Both the position numbers and the translations under genes were made by a program. A model generated the notes under the pieces. That model did not search any database, was not told where the DNA came from, and saw only the letters and a program-made list of their open reading frames with translations. From Sphyrna mokarran (Eukaryota), in the NCBI GenBank assembly GCA_024679065.1, contig JAGIQG010000016.1, forward strand, positions 1,612,001 through 1,676,000: a stretch of DNA of 64,000 bases. The letters run 5' to 3'. This document shows, piece by piece, positions 62,011 to 64,000 of the stretch; position 1 is the first letter of the stretch, and every line of letters begins with the position of its first letter.

Positions 62011-62694
62011 CAATCTTTCCACACTGTTCCGGATGTAATCTAACTACTGCCTTGTATATCTCGCTTCCCTCTTTTTAATACTCCATTCTCTGTGAAATAG
62101 AGCCCAACATTCCCATTGACATTCCCAATTACCCGCTGATCTAACATGTTGGCTTTTTGTGATTAAAGTACAAGGACCCCCCAGTCCCTCAGTGCTGCAG
62201 CTCTCTCCAATCTTTCTCACTGAAATAATCTTCAACTCCTTTAATCTTTCAATCAAGGTGCATCTCTTCCCATTTTCCTATTTTATATTCCGTCTGCCCG
62301 GGTTTTTGCCCACTCACCCAGCCTGTCTGGGTCTCTCTGTGTCACCCTCACCACTTACCTTCCCGTCTGTCTTTGTGTCACCCACAAACTTGTGAACAGC
62401 ACATTCAATTCCCTCACCCAGCTCAGTAATATATATACGTGTGTGTGTGTGGCCCCAGCACTGATCCCTGTGATATACCACGCGTTACAGACTACCATCC
62501 TTAAAATGCCTTTGATTTGATTTATTATTGTCGCATGTACTAATATATAAAGAAAAGTATTGTTTCTTATGCACTGTACAGACACAGCATACTGTTCATA
62601 GAGAATCCCAATTCTCTGCCTTCTATTAAATAATCAATCCTCTATCCATGTTAATAAATAACCAGAGGCAGACAGAGAGAGGGAGACACACCAA

Positions 62695-63473
62695 TAGTGC
62701 GGCACTCCCTCAGCATTGACTCTCTGACAGTGCGGCACTCCCTCAGCACTGACTCTCTGACAGTGCGGCGCTCCCTCAGCACTGACCCTCTGACAGTGCG
62801 GCACTCCCTCAGCACTGACCCTCTGACAGTGCGGCACTCCCTCAGCACTGACCCTCTGACAGTGCGGCACTCCCTCAGCACTGACCCTCTGACAGTGCGG
62901 CACTCCCTCAGCACTGACCCTCTGACAGTGCGGCACTCCCTCAGCACTGACCCCTGACAGTGCGGCGCCCCTCAGTACTGACTCTCTGACAGTGCAGCAC
63001 TCCCTCAGCACTGACCCTCTGACAGTGCGGCACTCCCTCAGCACTGACCCTCTGACAGTGCGGCATCCCTCAGCACTGACTCTCTGACAGTGCGGCACCC
63101 CCTCAGCACTGACCCTCTGACAGTGCGGCACTCCCTCAGCACTGACCCTCTGACAGTGCGGCACTCCCTCAGCACTGACCCTCTGACAGTGCGGCGCTCC
63201 CTCAGCACTGACTCTCTGACAGTGCAGCACTCCCTCAGCACTGACCCTCTGACAGTGCGGCACTCCCTCAGCACTGACCCTCTGACAGTGCGGCACTCCT
63301 CAGCACTGACCCTCTGACAGTGCGGCACTCCCTCAGCACTGACCCTCTGACAGTGCGCACTCCCTCAGCACTGACCCTCTGACAGTGCGGCACTCCCTCA
63401 GCACTGACCCTCTGACAGTGCGCCACTCCCTCAGCACTGACCCTCTGACAGTGCGCCACTCCCTCAGCACTGA
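62695..63473 (-). repeat. 33-bp minisatellite, array 4
   Basis: Reverse-complement units, ending about 150 bp before the gene B V-set exon. Confidence 0.95.
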
Positions 63474-63629
63474 TATCGAATGGGTGAGTTTGGGTGCGAA
63501 CCCTACTGGGTCAATGATATTCACAAGAGTCCGACCATGGGGAGGCGTTTTCCAGTGAACGGGGAGTGTTTAAGGACAGGTTTTAATTGATGTTGGATGA
63601 GGTGTTGATAAAATTTCCTTTTTTCTCAG

Positions 63630-63998
63630 GCGTCCTTTCAACAGAAACTAACTGGACAATAAACCTGCCGGATTTAGTTACAGCACAGAATGGATTGTGT
63701 GCCCTGCTTCCATGTAACTACACTCTCTCAGAGACACTCAGCCCAATTCAGCTCCAAGCAGCTTGGTACAAGGATTATCAACAGTCCACTCAGGTGATGC
63801 TGTACCACAGCGACCAGAATTCCATACACCCGGATTACACAGCCCGATCTCAGCTCATCGGAAACTTATCCCAACTCCAGTGTTCTCTCCTTCTGAATAA
63901 CATCAGCAATGCGGATAATGGGACCTACCAGTTCATTATCAAACTCCTCGATCTGAACCAGACATACGAAAGCAAACCTCTCACCTTAATCACTTCAG
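63630..63998 (+). CDS. Siglec-like gene B, V-set domain exon (gene continues beyond the window)
   Basis: ttttttctcAG acceptor, GT at 63999-64000, 369 nt open, phase 1-1. Encodes VLSTETNWTINLPDLVTAQNGLCALLPCNYT..AAWYKD..RSQLIGNLSQLQCSLLLNNISNADNGTYQFIIKLLDLNQTYESKPLTLITS. Not in the ORF track. Confidence 0.9.
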
Positions 63999-64000
63999 GT

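Overview
Vertebrate genomic DNA, very probably from a cartilaginous fish (shark), judged from its CR1, L2 and Rex LINEs, HE1/V-SINE-type SINEs and GC-rich minisatellites. It has four assembly gaps. I reconstructed three intron-containing protein-coding genes by hand from splice sites and reading phase. (1) The last five coding exons of a beta-1,4-galactosyltransferase, best matching B4GALT3 (+, 1164-7115). (2) A complete 8-coding-exon, 543-aa Siglec/MAG/CD22-family receptor (gene A, - strand, 38730-17237): signal peptide, V-set with the essential Arg, three C2-type domains, uncharged TM, and an ITIM-like + ITSM tail. (3) The 5' part of a second, divergently transcribed Siglec-like gene (gene B, + strand): signal exon 57330-57378 and V-set exon 63630-63998, with the essential Arg replaced by Ile. 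The ORF track does not resolve these gene models; most of its long ORFs are repeat artefacts or CR1 ORF2 fragments. The rest is repeat DNA: nested CR1 LINEs, a Penelope-like element with inverted pseudo-LTRs carrying a hammerhead-like motif, a Ty3/Gypsy remnant and many minisatellites. Several minisatellites are traceable amplifications of short pieces of the LINE or SINE in which they sit. Family assignments rest on remembered motifs, not database searches.
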